Assembly (NCBI GenBank): GCA_016707885.1
Contig: JADJGU010000006.1
Location: forward strand, 43,417 to 107,416
Length of the DNA stretch: 64,000 nt
From: Sphingomonadales bacterium
Lineage (GTDB): Bacteria > Pseudomonadota > Alphaproteobacteria > Sphingomonadales > Sphingomonadaceae
Direction of reading: 5' to 3'
Part shown: positions 20,542 through 32,526 of the stretch, piece by piece
How positions within the stretch are numbered: position 1 is the stretch's first letter
Layout of the letters: each line of letters begins with the position of its first letter
Position numbers and translations under genes: made by a program
Notes under the pieces: generated by a model
What the model was told of the DNA's origin: nothing
Databases searched by the model: none
What the model saw: the letters and a program-made list of their open reading frames with translations, nothing else

Positions 20542-20571
20542 GGATACCCTCTTGTGTAATTGTTGCGCCGC

Positions 20572-21024
20572 TCAGGCGGCTTTGGTTTCTTCTGCTTCGA
20601 CCTTTTCGACCAGGACAACAAAGTCAGTCAATTCGGCAATGGCACTGTCCAGATCGTGGCGCTGCTTTTTCAACAGCTCGATACGGTCGAGACATTTCAT
20701 GATTGTGACCTTGCGCTGGACATTACGGCCATCGTTTAAATCGTACAAATCGATCATTTCGCGAATTTCGGAAAGACTGAAACCTACGCGCTTGGCACGC
20801 AATATCCATGCAAGCCTGGCCCGGTCGCGCTTGGAATAGATGCGCGAAAGACCCTGCCGTTCCGGTGCGATCAATCCCTGATCTTCATAAAAGCGCAGCG
20901 CGCGAGCAGTCACATCGAATTCGGCCGACAGATCGGAAATGGTAAAAGTTTCGCGGTTGAGCGCATCGGGCGTATCGATTGTCGCATCGGCACGTTTCGC
21001 TGCCGCCGCTTTCTGCTCTGCCAT
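20572..21024 (-). CDS. MerR-family transcriptional regulator (LiuR-like)
   Basis: HTH segment FTISDLSAEFDVTARALRFYEDQGLI followed by a coiled-coil dimerisation helix. It is the first gene of the ACAD operon. Confidence 0.85.
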   Translation of the reverse strand: MAEQKAAAAKRADATIDTPDALNRETFTISDLSAEFDVTARALRFYEDQGLIAPERQGLSRIYSKRDRARLAWILRAKRVGFSLSEIREMIDLYDLNDGRNVQRKVTIMKCLDRIELLKKQRHDLDSAIAELTDFVVLVEKVEAEETKAA

Positions 21025-21050
21025 GTAAATTTCCTTCCCTTAGGTAAGCA

Positions 21051-21079
21051 AATTTACTTTACGTTCGCGTAAACGTCAA
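21051..21079 (-). promoter_or_regulatory. putative promoter with a MerR-type palindromic operator in the spacer
   Basis: The minus strand reads TTGACG-(17 nt)-TAAATT. The spacer contains the perfect inverted repeat TTTACG-cgaa-CGTAAA. It lies about 25 nt upstream of the merR ATG, which is preceded by GGAAGGA. Confidence 0.45.
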
Positions 21080-21125
21080 CCCGAAACTCGGCGCGCAATA
21101 GCCGAGTGACGCTACGACAAACGGC

Positions 21126-21869
21126 TCAGGCGGGTGTAGGCGTAATGACCTGCTCGGGCTGGACCGGAGGCGTCACCGTATCAACGGGCGGCTGCGGATC
21201 GACAACAGGCGGAACTGGCTGCGGTTTCGGCTTTGGCTTGGTCAAACTAGCCAGGATAACCACTTCCCCATCCATCTGCGTGGCATCGTACAATGCTTGT
21301 GCGAACGGCTTGGGCAAACGGATACACCCATGTGATGCAGGGTATCCGGGATTGTGGCCGGCGTGCAGCGCAATACCATCCCATGTCAGCCGCTGCATGA
21401 ACGGCATTGGCGCATTGGCGTAGATATTGGATTCGTGATAGATCTTTTTCTGCAGGATTTTGAAAGCGCCAGTCGGCGTCTCTTTCCCCTTTTTTCCGGT
21501 CGAAATCGTGGCAAACCCAACCAGATCGTCGCCATCGAAAACATAAAGCCGCTGGATATCCAGAACGGCGACCAGTCGCAGCGGATTGTTATAGCTTTCC
21601 CGCTTTTCCCAAACAAACTGCCCCGGCTTCAAACTATCTACTGGGCCCTTTTTTTTGGGCGGATCTACGGGCGGCGTATCTACCGCTGGCGGCGTAACCG
21701 GCGCAGGCGTAACGACGGGCGCGGGAACTGGCTCGACAGGCTGGGCAGCAGGAGCCTCAACCGGTGTCGGCGTCGCGACCGTTTCTGCGGGGATCTGCTG
21801 GGCGAATGCGGGCGTCATGAACGCGAGCATCACCAATGGCATTCCACCAACCAAAATCAAACAGCGCAT
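21126..21869 (-). CDS. L,D-transpeptidase (YkuD family) with a Pro-rich linker
   Basis: Signal peptide and the catalytic motif HAGHNPGYPASHGCIRLP. P/V/T-rich low-complexity regions at both ends. Confidence 0.85.
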   Translation of the reverse strand: MRCLILVGGMPLVMLAFMTPAFAQQIPAETVATPTPVEAPAAQPVEPVPAPVVTPAPVTPPAVDTPPVDPPKKKGPVDSLKPGQFVWEKRESYNNPLRLVAVLDIQRLYVFDGDDLVGFATISTGKKGKETPTGAFKILQKKIYHESNIYANAPMPFMQRLTWDGIALHAGHNPGYPASHGCIRLPKPFAQALYDATQMDGEVVILASLTKPKPKPQPVPPVVDPQPPVDTVTPPVQPEQVITPTPA

Positions 21870-22086
21870 TACTGCCCCCAAATTCCAAAAACTAAAGTAC
21901 AACTTTCGATGGATATTATGCTTGTATTTGCTGTCCTAGGCAACACGCATTCGTAGGCACGCATGGCATTTGCGAGCATTTGACGAATAGGCCTTCAGCA
22001 TCAAACCGCGCCTAGGCGGCAGTATTTTGCGCCGAACGGAGTCTATTGCCGTTGGGTTGGTAACCTCTATGGCTTATCTAGGTCAT

Positions 22087-22710
22087 ATGTTGAAAATTGG
22101 TCGCAGGTCATTTGTGCAGTCCGCCATGGCATCGATTGTCGGCGTTGGCGCAGCATCGCTGCCTATATCGGCGGTTCGTGCTCAGGAACTTCCCAAAGCT
22201 GAACTATCTCCAGAGATTTTGAAACGCGCGCGCGCTGCCTTTGCACGCCATGACAAACGTATCTGGCAACGCGAAACAATGGCGATTGCGGATTTTTCGG
22301 CTCCGTCGCGGATTCCGCGTTTTCACATGCTCAATATGATCAGCGGGGAAACAACGCCGCTTTTGGTCGCGCACGGCAAAGGTTCGGACCCCGGCCATAG
22401 CGGCTGGGTGCAGCATTTCTCCAATGTCCCGGGATCCGAAGCCACTTCGGCTGGCAGCTACATTGCTGGCGAGAGTTATATTGGCCAGCACGGACTGTCT
22501 CGCCGTTTGATTGGCCTCGATCCGGAAAATGACCAGGCCGAGAATCGCGCGATCGTTATTCACGCGGCATGGTATGTAGACCCTTCGCTCGCTGCAGAGC
22601 GCGGCAAAATCGGGCGCAGCCAAGGCTGCTTTGCTTTTTCAAAGGATGACATTGGTCAGGTGCTGTGGCGCCTCGGCCCCGGATCGTTGCTCTACGCCGA
22701 CAAGGCGTAG
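22087..22710 (+). CDS. murein L,D-transpeptidase catalytic-domain family protein (YkuD_2-like), Tat signal
   Basis: Twin-arginine leader MLKIGRRSFVQSAMASIVGVGAA and a putative catalytic Cys in GRSQGCFAF. Confidence 0.7.
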   Translation: MLKIGRRSFVQSAMASIVGVGAASLPISAVRAQELPKAELSPEILKRARAAFARHDKRIWQRETMAIADFSAPSRIPRFHMLNMISGETTPLLVAHGKGSDPGHSGWVQHFSNVPGSEATSAGSYIAGESYIGQHGLSRRLIGLDPENDQAENRAIVIHAAWYVDPSLAAERGKIGRSQGCFAFSKDDIGQVLWRLGPGSLLYADKA

Positions 22711-22713
22711 ATT

Positions 22714-23247
22714 CTATTCCGCGTTAATTACCCCGCAAACTATCCTCTTGCCGCTGTTACCGCTTGGGTCGGTGATATTGTCGTCGGCACGTTCGTGGAT
22801 CACCAGCGCCGCACCATCGGCATCGAGCATTCCCCCCTCACCTTTCAGCCGCACATCCGGCAGGAAGAAGTCGACAACTACATTGATGTCCGAATAGGCA
22901 TCAATATTGGGCAAATCGCCCTTATGCGGCCCTGCCGGGTTATCCAGCCCATGCTTTTTGGTTTCGGGATTCCAGTGCGGGCCCGCACTCGCGAAATCTG
23001 GTCCTTCGCATTTGCCAACTGTATGTACATGCATCGCATAGCGGCCCTTTCCGGGCACCTGCAGCCACAGCTTCCCGCGAACCCCGCCTTTTGCTTGCAG
23101 GAATTTGGCGGTTCCGGAGCCATCGGTATATTGTAGCGAGGCTGCCGCAAGGTTGGCCCGCGCATCAGCCTTTAAATTCGGCTTTTCGAGCGACTTGCAG
23201 GCGGCGAGCGGGGCGATGACGAGGAGGAGGATCAATTTGCGGTTCAT
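22714..23247 (-). CDS. sodC: Cu/Zn superoxide dismutase family lipoprotein
   Basis: Lipobox LAAC, with MHVHTVGKCEGPDFASAGPHWNP, KGDLPNI and LVIHERADD...GKRIVCGVI. Confidence 0.85.
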   Translation of the reverse strand: MNRKLILLLVIAPLAACKSLEKPNLKADARANLAAASLQYTDGSGTAKFLQAKGGVRGKLWLQVPGKGRYAMHVHTVGKCEGPDFASAGPHWNPETKKHGLDNPAGPHKGDLPNIDAYSDINVVVDFFLPDVRLKGEGGMLDADGAALVIHERADDNITDPSGNSGKRIVCGVINAE

Positions 23248-23279
23248 ACCGGCGAACCTATTCGTACCGCACGCCTTCA

Positions 23280-24191
23280 TCAACCCATAACCCACTCGGT
23301 CCGTCGCACTGCTTGCGCAAAGAGCAACGCGGTCAAATCATTGTGCCGAATTGCAAAGTTGGCCTTTTCGATCAATGCCGGCTTGGCATGATAGGCGGCA
23401 CCAATCCCGCCACCGTCAATGGCAGCCTCGACCATCAAAATATCATTGGCACCATCGCCCGCCGCGAGCACCAGCTCGGGCGCTATGCCCAATTGCTGCC
23501 GCGCCATGTGCAATTGCCGCGCCTTTTCGTGCGCATAGACTATATCTCCATCAACCGTGCCGTCGAGAAAGTCCCCCGATATCCCCAGCCGGTTCGCCGC
23601 CATGCTGTCGAACCCGGCCATTTCGACCACCGCAGCCACGAAATCGGTGAAGCCGCCCGAAACCAGCAAGCCATGCGCGCCCCAGCCGCGCATCGTCTTA
23701 AGCAATATGTCTGCCCCGGGTGTTAGCCGCACGCGTTCGTCGATACATTGTTGAATGGTATCGCGGTGCAGCCCTTTCAGAAGCGCAACACGACCACGCA
23801 AGGCCCCCTCGAAATCCAGTTCGCCCTGCATCGCGCGTTCGGTGATTTCGGCAATCTCAGTCTTGATACCCGCATAGTCTGCCAGCTCGTCGATACATTC
23901 AACGGTGATGATCGTGCTGTCCATATCCGACACGAGCAGCAGCTTGCGGCGGTTCGTTGAGGTCTGGACGCAGACGTCCATGACGTTTTCGACGCCGCGC
24001 AAGGCATCGCGCGCCGTCTCGATCCGTCCAGCGAATGCAAGGTCAACGGCTTTGCCCTGCTCCAGCCAGTCATGGTCACCCGGCTCCAACCCGGCGTCGC
24101 GCAAGCGATCAGCTGCCTCGGATAACATTCCCGCGTCCAGATGATCTGCCGCTATCAGTGTGGCGACATTTGTGGAAGAAGCTGACAACAT
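23280..24191 (-). CDS. serB: phosphoserine phosphatase
   Basis: HAD motif I (LLLVSDMDSTIITVECIDELA), SGGF, and GDGANDILM. Start placed at the ATG at 24191. Confidence 0.85.
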   Translation of the reverse strand: MLSASSTNVATLIAADHLDAGMLSEAADRLRDAGLEPGDHDWLEQGKAVDLAFAGRIETARDALRGVENVMDVCVQTSTNRRKLLLVSDMDSTIITVECIDELADYAGIKTEIAEITERAMQGELDFEGALRGRVALLKGLHRDTIQQCIDERVRLTPGADILLKTMRGWGAHGLLVSGGFTDFVAAVVEMAGFDSMAANRLGISGDFLDGTVDGDIVYAHEKARQLHMARQQLGIAPELVLAAGDGANDILMVEAAIDGGGIGAAYHAKPALIEKANFAIRHNDLTALLFAQAVRRTEWVMG

Positions 24192-25128
24192 GACGAATCC
24201 GCAAAAAAGGCCGAGAGGCAAAAGACTGGCGCTTATTGCCGGTCCAACGGCCAGCGGCAAGACCGCATTGGCGCTGCGGCTCGCCCAATCGCGTCCGGTG
24301 ACAATCATCAATGCGGATAGCGCGCAGGTCTATGCGCATCTGCCGATCCTAAGCGCTCAGCCGAGTGCTGAGGAAATAGCTAGCGCACCGCACCGGCTGT
24401 TCGGCTATCTCGACGGGCGCGAAACTTGTTCGGCGGCGCGCTGGGCACAGGATGCAAAGCGCGAGATAGAGACGGCGTGGAGCGAGGATCGGTTGCCGAT
24501 ACTCGTCGGTGGGACGGGCTTGTATCTGCGCACACTGCTCGATGGCATTGCGCCGATACCCGATATCGACCCCGAAGTGCGCAGTGCTGTGCGTGCCCTG
24601 CCCACAGCGGAGGCCTATCAGGCTTTGGTCGAAATTGACGCCGCCAGCGCGACTGCGCTCTCCCCCAATGACGACAGCCGGATCAAACGCGCTCTCGAAG
24701 TGATGCGTTCGACAGGCAAGAGCATCGTCGAATGGCGCAAGCTGCGCGAAGGCGGGATCGGCGATGCGGTTGAACTGCACCCCCTCCTGCTCTTGCCGCC
24801 GCGCGATTGGCTGCATGAACGGTGTGACTTGCGCTTCGAACAAATGCTGGAACGCGGCGCTGTTGACGAGGTGCGGGCGCTGCTGGCGCTCAATCTGCCT
24901 GCGGATGCACCGGTGATGCGAGCGATCGGCGTTCCTGAAATCGCAGCTATGCTGCGCGGAGAGATCGATCGCGACGAAGCCCTCGCCCGTGGCCAGGCGG
25001 CCACGCGCCAATATGCCAAACGGCAGTATACCTGGTTCCGCAACCAGCCTCCCGAGAGATGGCCTCGTTACACCGAGGTTTATAATGATTCTGAATTCAA
25101 TATAATTGAAAGATTATTTCAATTTTAA
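24190..25128 (+). CDS. miaA: tRNA dimethylallyltransferase
   Basis: P-loop LIAGPTASGKT, INADSAQVY, and ILVGGTGLYLRTLLDG. An upstream GTG at 24160 is an alternative start. Confidence 0.9.
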   Translation: MTNPQKRPRGKRLALIAGPTASGKTALALRLAQSRPVTIINADSAQVYAHLPILSAQPSAEEIASAPHRLFGYLDGRETCSAARWAQDAKREIETAWSEDRLPILVGGTGLYLRTLLDGIAPIPDIDPEVRSAVRALPTAEAYQALVEIDAASATALSPNDDSRIKRALEVMRSTGKSIVEWRKLREGGIGDAVELHPLLLLPPRDWLHERCDLRFEQMLERGAVDEVRALLALNLPADAPVMRAIGVPEIAAMLRGEIDRDEALARGQAATRQYAKRQYTWFRNQPPERWPRYTEVYNDSEFNIIERLFQF

Positions 25129-25226
25129 CTGTTGACATGCCATTTTCTAATCCGTAACGAGCCTGCTCTTGCCAACCTTGCTGCGTCGCAACATAGGTCA
25201 GGTCTCTCTGAAAGAGGAATAGGAAA

Positions 25227-26971
25227 TTGGCCGAAAAATCCGGCGCTGACATATTGATTGAAGCCCTGCTCGCGCAGGGTGTGGACACCGTTTTCGGCTA
25301 TCCAGGCGGCGCAGTGCTGCCGATTTACGACGCGCTTTTCCAGCATCCCAAGATCCTCCACGTGCTTGTCCGTCACGAAGCAGGGGCTGCCCACGCAGCC
25401 GAGGGCTATGCCCGCTCGACCGGCAAACCCGGCGTGGTGCTCGTCACCTCCGGCCCGGGAGCGACCAATGCCGTTACGGGCATCGCTGACGCTTTCATGG
25501 ATTCGATCCCAATGGTGTGCATCACTGGGCAGGTCGCCACCAATTTGATCGGATCGGACGCCTTTCAGGAAGCCGACACCATCGGCATCACCCGCCACTG
25601 CACCAAGCATAATTATCTGGTGAAGGACCCGGCGGAACTGGGTGCCGTCGTTGCCGAGGCCTTCCATATCGCCACACAAGGCCGTCCCGGCCCTGTCGTG
25701 ATCGACATCCCCAAAAATGTGCAGGTCGCAACGGCCGAATTTGATCGGCACGGCAACAATGCTGCCAAACGTTATGTTCCGGCAGGCGACGCCGATTTCG
25801 CTGCGATTACGCAGGCAGTAGAACTGCTCGCCAAAGCCAAGGCACCGATTCTCTATACCGGTGGCGGCATCATCAATTCCGGCCCCGATGCTAGCGCAGC
25901 ATTGCGGGAACTGGCAGCCCTTGCTGGCGCTCCAGTCACTTCGACGCTGATGGGCCTAGGCTCCTTCCCGGCATCCGATCCTGCCTGGCTCGGCATGCTC
26001 GGCATGCACGGCACTTATGAAGCCAATATGGCAATGAACCAGTGCGACGTGATGCTGTGCCTCGGCGCGCGCTTTGACGACCGCGTTACCGGCCGCCTCG
26101 ACGCCTTCTCGCCGAACAGCATCAAGGTGCATATCGATATCGACCGCAGTTCGATCAACAAGACGGTGCGCGTGGACCTGCCCATCGTCGCCGATGTCGG
26201 CAAGGCGATTCGCCAGATGATCACCATCTGGAACAGCCGCAAGCTGCAGGCACAAAAGCTGGACGAATGGTGGGCGCGGATCAAGGGCTGGCGCTCGGTC
26301 GGATCGCTCAACTATCCGGCAAGCCAGTCCGAAATCATGCCGCAATATGCGATCGAGCGGTTGTTTCAGCTGACCAAGAACAAGGCTCCGGTCATCACTA
26401 CCGAGGTTGGCCAACACCAGATGTGGGCGGCACAGCATTTCCATTTTGATGCGCCCAACAAATGGCTGACCAGCGGCGGTCTTGGTACAATGGGCTATGG
26501 CCTACCGGCAGCGATTGGCGCACAGATGGGCAATCCAGACGCGTTGGTGATCGACATTGCCGGTGAAGCCTCAATCCAGATGAACATCCAGGAAATGGGC
26601 ACTGCCAGCCAGTATCGCCTGCCGGTCAAGGTTTTCATCCTCAACAATGAATGGATGGGGATGGTGCGCCAGTGGCAGCAGCTGACCTATGAAAGCCGCT
26701 ATTCGAACAGCTATTCGGATAGCCTGCCCGATTTCGTAGCACTTGCCGAAGCCTATGGCTGGAAAGGCATACGTTGCGACGATCCGGCAAAGCTCGACGA
26801 TGCCATTGCCGAAATGCTGGCCTATGACGGGCCGGTGATGTTCGACTGCCGCGTATCCAAGGAAGCGAACTGCTTCCCGATGATCCCCAGCGGTGCAGCG
26901 CATACCGAAATGATCCTGCACTCGGACGAGGTTTCAGGCACGATGGACGACGAAGCGAAGGCGCTCGTATA

Positions 26972-26972
<1 letters not shown>
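25227..26972 (+). CDS. ilvB: acetolactate synthase large (catalytic) subunit
   Basis: ThDP-enzyme motifs (GYPGGAVLPIYDAL, GGLGTMGYGLPAAIGA, NNEWMGMVRQWQ). TTG start preceded by GAGGAA. Confidence 0.95.
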
Positions 26973-28550
<1,578 letters not shown>

Positions 28551-28580
28551 GCAATTGGCCGCAAGGCTGTTGACTTTCAG

Positions 28581-28614
28581 GGGGATGGGGCAACACATGC
28601 TCCATCCCCTTCTT
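28581..28614 (+). terminator. putative intrinsic terminator after ilvC
   Basis: GGGGATGG...CCATCCCC stem (with an inner GCA/TGC pairing) followed by TTCTT. Confidence 0.5.
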
Positions 28615-28628
28615 AGTTGGAGCCCAAG

Positions 28629-29246
28629 ATGCGCAAATTCCTGATCGCCATGCCCCTCATTTTCGCGGCACCGCTGTTGGCGCAGCAGGATGCCGCTCCG
28701 CAGCTTCCCGGGGCTGCTGATGCTGCACGCGTCGCCGCCGGAACCTATCTTGTCGACAGCCGACACACGCAGGTCAACTGGCAGGTCAACCATTTCGGTT
28801 TCAACGATTATTTCGGCCTGTTCGGTGATGTGAAAGGTACGTTGCAGATCGATCCGGCCAATCCGGCTGCTTCAAAAGTGGATGTGACCATCCCCATCGC
28901 CTCGGTCGCCACATCAAGCCAGGGTTTGACGGACCATCTGAAAACTGCCGATTTCTTCGACGTCGCGAAATATGACAGCGCACGCTTTGTTTCAACCAGC
29001 GTTATTGTTGATGGGCAAAAGGCCATCATCAAGGGCGACTTGACGATGCTGGGCGTTACCAAGCCTGTCGAACTTGAAACGCGCTTCGAAGGCGCGGGCA
29101 ACAATCCAATGAACAAGAAAGCCACCATCGGCTTTCACGCTGCCACTACGATCAAGCGCAGCGAATGGGGCATGACCAAATATGTCCCGATGGTCGGCGA
29201 CGATGTTAAATTGCGGGTCAGTGTTGCTTTCGAAAAGGAAGGCTGA
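28629..29246 (+). CDS. YceI-family periplasmic protein
   Basis: Signal peptide MRKFLIAMPLIFAAPLLAQ. The motifs YLVDSRHTQVNWQVNHFGF and GDLTMLGVTKPV are typical of YceI. Confidence 0.85.
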   Translation: MRKFLIAMPLIFAAPLLAQQDAAPQLPGAADAARVAAGTYLVDSRHTQVNWQVNHFGFNDYFGLFGDVKGTLQIDPANPAASKVDVTIPIASVATSSQGLTDHLKTADFFDVAKYDSARFVSTSVIVDGQKAIIKGDLTMLGVTKPVELETRFEGAGNNPMNKKATIGFHAATTIKRSEWGMTKYVPMVGDDVKLRVSVAFEKEG

Positions 29247-29723
29247 TCAGCCTCGATAAGTCATCGCAACATCGCAGCGGGCATATTGGTGCTGTGCTTC
29301 GGCCAGCAAGTCCGCATCATGTTCGAAGCCGCATTTTTCGTAGAGATGAATTGCGGCTTCGCATTTTTTGTTGGTCAATAAATAGAGCCGTTCGGGTGCC
29401 ATTGAAACAGCCCTTTCAATGAGCGCATTGAGCAGAAACTCGCCTGCTTTCAATCCTCGCAAGTCGGAACGCACACCCATTTTGGTCAATTCGAGCTGGC
29501 CGGGCTCAGACCGTTTCAGCGCGCCGGCACCGACGATTCCCCTGCCCTCAACCTCGACAAATAATATGTCGCCATCCTTGTCGATGATTGTTGCGCGGGG
29601 ATTTTGGAGGACGTGGCGATCCACATCCTCCATCTCGAACATGCCGCTTATCCACTCTTCGTTGATGTCGTGGAACAGCGGCGCAAGTTCGTCGCGAAAT
29701 TCGACGATACGTAGCATCACCAA
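29247..29723 (-). CDS. GNAT-family N-acetyltransferase
   Basis: 158 aa with an acetyl-CoA-binding segment MGVRSDLRGLKAGEFLLNALIERA. Confidence 0.75.
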   Translation of the reverse strand: MVMLRIVEFRDELAPLFHDINEEWISGMFEMEDVDRHVLQNPRATIIDKDGDILFVEVEGRGIVGAGALKRSEPGQLELTKMGVRSDLRGLKAGEFLLNALIERAVSMAPERLYLLTNKKCEAAIHLYEKCGFEHDADLLAEAQHQYARCDVAMTYRG

Positions 29724-30700
29724 CCTTTGCGATAAGCTCCATCAAGCCGCGCCTTGGCCGCACGATATTCGCGCTCCAACCGGTCGACCATGTCCCCTAC
29801 CGACTGCACTTCCTTGACCGCACCAATGCCCTGACCAGAACCCCAGATGTCCTTCCAGGCCTTGGCTTCGGTGTTGCCGCCGGAACCGAAGTTCATCGTG
29901 CTGATATCGCCCTTGGGCAGGTTGTCCGGATCCATGCCAGCCTTGACGATCGACTGGCGCAGATAGTTTCCATGCACGCCGGTGAAGAGGTCTGAGTATA
30001 CAATATCACTCGCCTTCGCTTCGACGATGTTTTCCTTATAGCCCTCAACCGCATTGGCTTCCTTGGTCGCAATAAACGCACTGCCGATATAGGCGAAATC
30101 GGCGCCCATCGCCTGTGCAGCGAGGATCGATTGGCCGTGTGCAATCGAACCCGACAGCGCGACGGGGCCGTCAAACCACTCGCGGATTTCCTGCATCAGA
30201 GCAAAGGGCGAAGTTGTGCCTGCATGACCGCCAGCGCCAGCGGCTACCGGAATAAGGCCATCTGCGCCCTTTTCGATGGCCTTGTGCGCGAAGCGATCAT
30301 CGATCACATCGTGCAGGGTGATACCGCCCCAGGCATGGACTGCCTGGTTCAGATCCTCGCGCGCACCCAGCGAAGTGATAGTCACTGGCACCTGCCATTT
30401 GGCGCAGATCGAAATATCCTCTTCCAACCGGTTATTTGAACGGTGCACGATCTGGTTGACGGCATAAGGCGCCGCCGGGCGATCCGGATTGTCGCGGTTA
30501 TGCGCCGCCAATTCTTCGGTAATCTGATGCAACCACTCGTCGAGTTGGCTTGCCGGACGAGCGTTGAGTGCCGGGAAGCTGCCTACGACGCCCGCCTTGC
30601 ACTGCGCAATCACCAGCTCGGGTCCGGACACGATAAAAAGCGGCGAACCGATCACCGGCAAGCGGAGATTATCAAAAATGGCAGGCAACGACATCGGCAA
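29717..30700 (-). CDS. NAD(P)H-dependent flavin oxidoreductase / nitronate monooxygenase family
   Basis: LPVIGSPLFIVSGPELV..., GADGLIPVAAGAGGHAG, and FAYIGSAFIATKEA match the NMO TIM-barrel signature. Confidence 0.85.
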   Translation of the reverse strand: MPMSLPAIFDNLRLPVIGSPLFIVSGPELVIAQCKAGVVGSFPALNARPASQLDEWLHQITEELAAHNRDNPDRPAAPYAVNQIVHRSNNRLEEDISICAKWQVPVTITSLGAREDLNQAVHAWGGITLHDVIDDRFAHKAIEKGADGLIPVAAGAGGHAGTTSPFALMQEIREWFDGPVALSGSIAHGQSILAAQAMGADFAYIGSAFIATKEANAVEGYKENIVEAKASDIVYSDLFTGVHGNYLRQSIVKAGMDPDNLPKGDISTMNFGSGGNTEAKAWKDIWGSGQGIGAVKEVQSVGDMVDRLEREYRAAKARLDGAYRKGW

Positions 30701-30755
30701 CTCCTAAGGCTTAATCACTTGTTTAAGCCGTAAAGAGCGTAACGCCCTGCCCTTG

Positions 30756-32417
30756 TCAAATGCCGTTTGCAGCACTCAGTAGCGCACGCACGGTTGCCGT
30801 AGCGACATCGGTATCGATACCTGCGCCAAAAAGACTGCGTCCATCGGCGGTGCGGCATTCGACATAGGCTGCGGCCTGCGCGCCGGCGCCGTGACCAATG
30901 GCATGTTCGCTATAGTCAACGATATCCATTTCCGGTCCGCCATGGTCGGCAAGCGCTGCAATCACGCTAGACATCAGGCCATTGCCGCGCCCGGAAAGGC
31001 TTCGGAACTCCCCGTCCACTTTCAATTTGCCGACAAAAATCCGATCCGTGCCCGAATGGTTTTCAGCATAATCGAACAGTTCGAAACGTCCCGATTTGGT
31101 AATGAAATAGCGGTCCTGAAAAGCACCCCAAATGTCAGCAGAGGTCAGCTCACGACCGGTCGTGTCCGAAAGCTCCTGCACGGTACGCGAGAAATCGGCT
31201 TGCATCTTCTTGGGAAGCTTCAGACCATAATCCTGCTCGAGTACCCAGGCGACGCCACCCTTGCCCGACTGCGAATTGACACGAATGACGGCTTCGTAAC
31301 TGCGTCCGAGGTCGGCAGGATCGATGGGAAGATAGGGTACTTCCCATATCTCGTCATTGCGCTTCGCCTGATGCGCAAATCCCTTTTTGATCGCGTCCTG
31401 ATGACTTCCCGAGAAAGCCGTGAACACCAATTCGCCGGCATAGGGATGGCGCGGATGGACAGGCAGTTGGTTGCAATATTCGACTGTCTGGATGACTTCG
31501 TCGATATCCGAGAAATCGAGGCCGGGATGCAGCCCTTGCGTGTACATGTTCAGCGCAACGGTAACCAGGTCGACATTGCCGGTTCGTTCGCCGTTGCCGA
31601 ACAGGCAGCCTTCGACACGGTCACCACCAGCCAGCAGACCCAGCTCGGTTGCAGCAATACCTGTGCCTCGATCGTTATGCGTATGGAGACTGATAACGAC
31701 GGCCTCACGGTTCGGAATATTGCGCCCAAAATATTCGATCTGGTCAGCATAGATGTTGGGCATTGCCGCTTCGACCGTAGCCGGCAGATTGAAAATGATC
31801 GGCTTTTCAGCCGTCGGCTTCAGGATTTCCATCACCGCGGTGCAAACTTCGAGGCTGAAGTCGAGTTCGGCGGTCGAGAAGGTTTCGGGCGAATATTCAA
31901 AATGCCAATCGGTCTGCGGATATTTCGCTGCCTGTTCGGCCAAGATTTGCGCGCCTTCAATGGCAATGGCTTTCACACCCGGCTTGTCGAGATTGAATAC
32001 GATATTGCGCCAAGCCGGCGAGACTGCGTTGTACAAGTGGACGATCGCTGTCTTGGCACCAGCCATAGCTTCGAACGTCTTTTCAATCAGATCGCGGCGG
32101 GACTGTGTCAGGCTCTGGATCGCCACATCATCCGGGATACGGCCACCATCGACCAGTGCACGGATGAAATCGAAATCGGTTGCCCCCGATGACGGGAAGC
32201 CAACCTCGATTTCCTTGATACCCACCTTAACCAGCAGATCAAAAAAGCGGTTCTTTTTCTCCGCGCCCATTGGGTCGATAAGTGCCTGGTTGCCGTCCCG
32301 AAGGTCGGTAGAAAGCCAACGCGGCGCCTTATCGATGGTTCGGCTGGGCCATTGGCGATCAGGCAAGTCTATTTGCGGAAAAGGTCGATACTTACGCGAA
32401 GGGTCATTGAGCATCAT
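30756..32417 (-). CDS. leuA: 2-isopropylmalate synthase (long LeuA type)
   Basis: [19 protein letters not shown]...[20 protein letters not shown], and a C-terminal regulatory domain. Confidence 0.95.
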   Translation of the reverse strand: MMLNDPSRKYRPFPQIDLPDRQWPSRTIDKAPRWLSTDLRDGNQALIDPMGAEKKNRFFDLLVKVGIKEIEVGFPSSGATDFDFIRALVDGGRIPDDVAIQSLTQSRRDLIEKTFEAMAGAKTAIVHLYNAVSPAWRNIVFNLDKPGVKAIAIEGAQILAEQAAKYPQTDWHFEYSPETFSTAELDFSLEVCTAVMEILKPTAEKPIIFNLPATVEAAMPNIYADQIEYFGRNIPNREAVVISLHTHNDRGTGIAATELGLLAGGDRVEGCLFGNGERTGNVDLVTVALNMYTQGLHPGLDFSDIDEVIQTVEYCNQLPVHPRHPYAGELVFTAFSGSHQDAIKKGFAHQAKRNDEIWEVPYLPIDPADLGRSYEAVIRVNSQSGKGGVAWVLEQDYGLKLPKKMQADFSRTVQELSDTTGRELTSADIWGAFQDRYFITKSGRFELFDYAENHSGTDRIFVGKLKVDGEFRSLSGRGNGLMSSVIAALADHGGPEMDIVDYSEHAIGHGAGAQAAAYVECRTADGRSLFGAGIDTDVATATVRALLSAANGI

Positions 32418-32526
32418 GGCGATGGGTGCTTCTAAAAGAGCAGGCGATTGGCCTGGTTATGAGATTCCGGGGTTCAAACAGCCCTTAGGCGGGTGGCAAA
32501 GCCTAAGGCCAAGCCCGTACGCGCGC
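32418..32526 (-). promoter_or_regulatory. putative leucine attenuator (alternative hairpins) in the leuA 5' leader
   Basis: The RNA contains three mutually compatible segments: CCCUUAGGC (overlapping the leader stop codon), CCUUAGGC, and GCCUAAGGG. The last can pair with either of the first two (9 bp or 8 bp). The proximal hairpin is followed by CUGUUUG. Confidence 0.45.

Noticed and set aside
25137-25157. Mini-ORF MPFSNP upstream of ilvB as a possible branched-chain leader peptide
   Set aside because: It contains no Ile, Val or Leu codons and no alternative hairpins follow it. The TTGACA at 25132 may simply be the ilvB promoter -35.
30891-32192. 433-aa ORF antisense to leuA
   Set aside because: Same reasoning. 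leuA on the minus strand has clear catalytic motifs, and the plus-strand translation has no recognisable domain.
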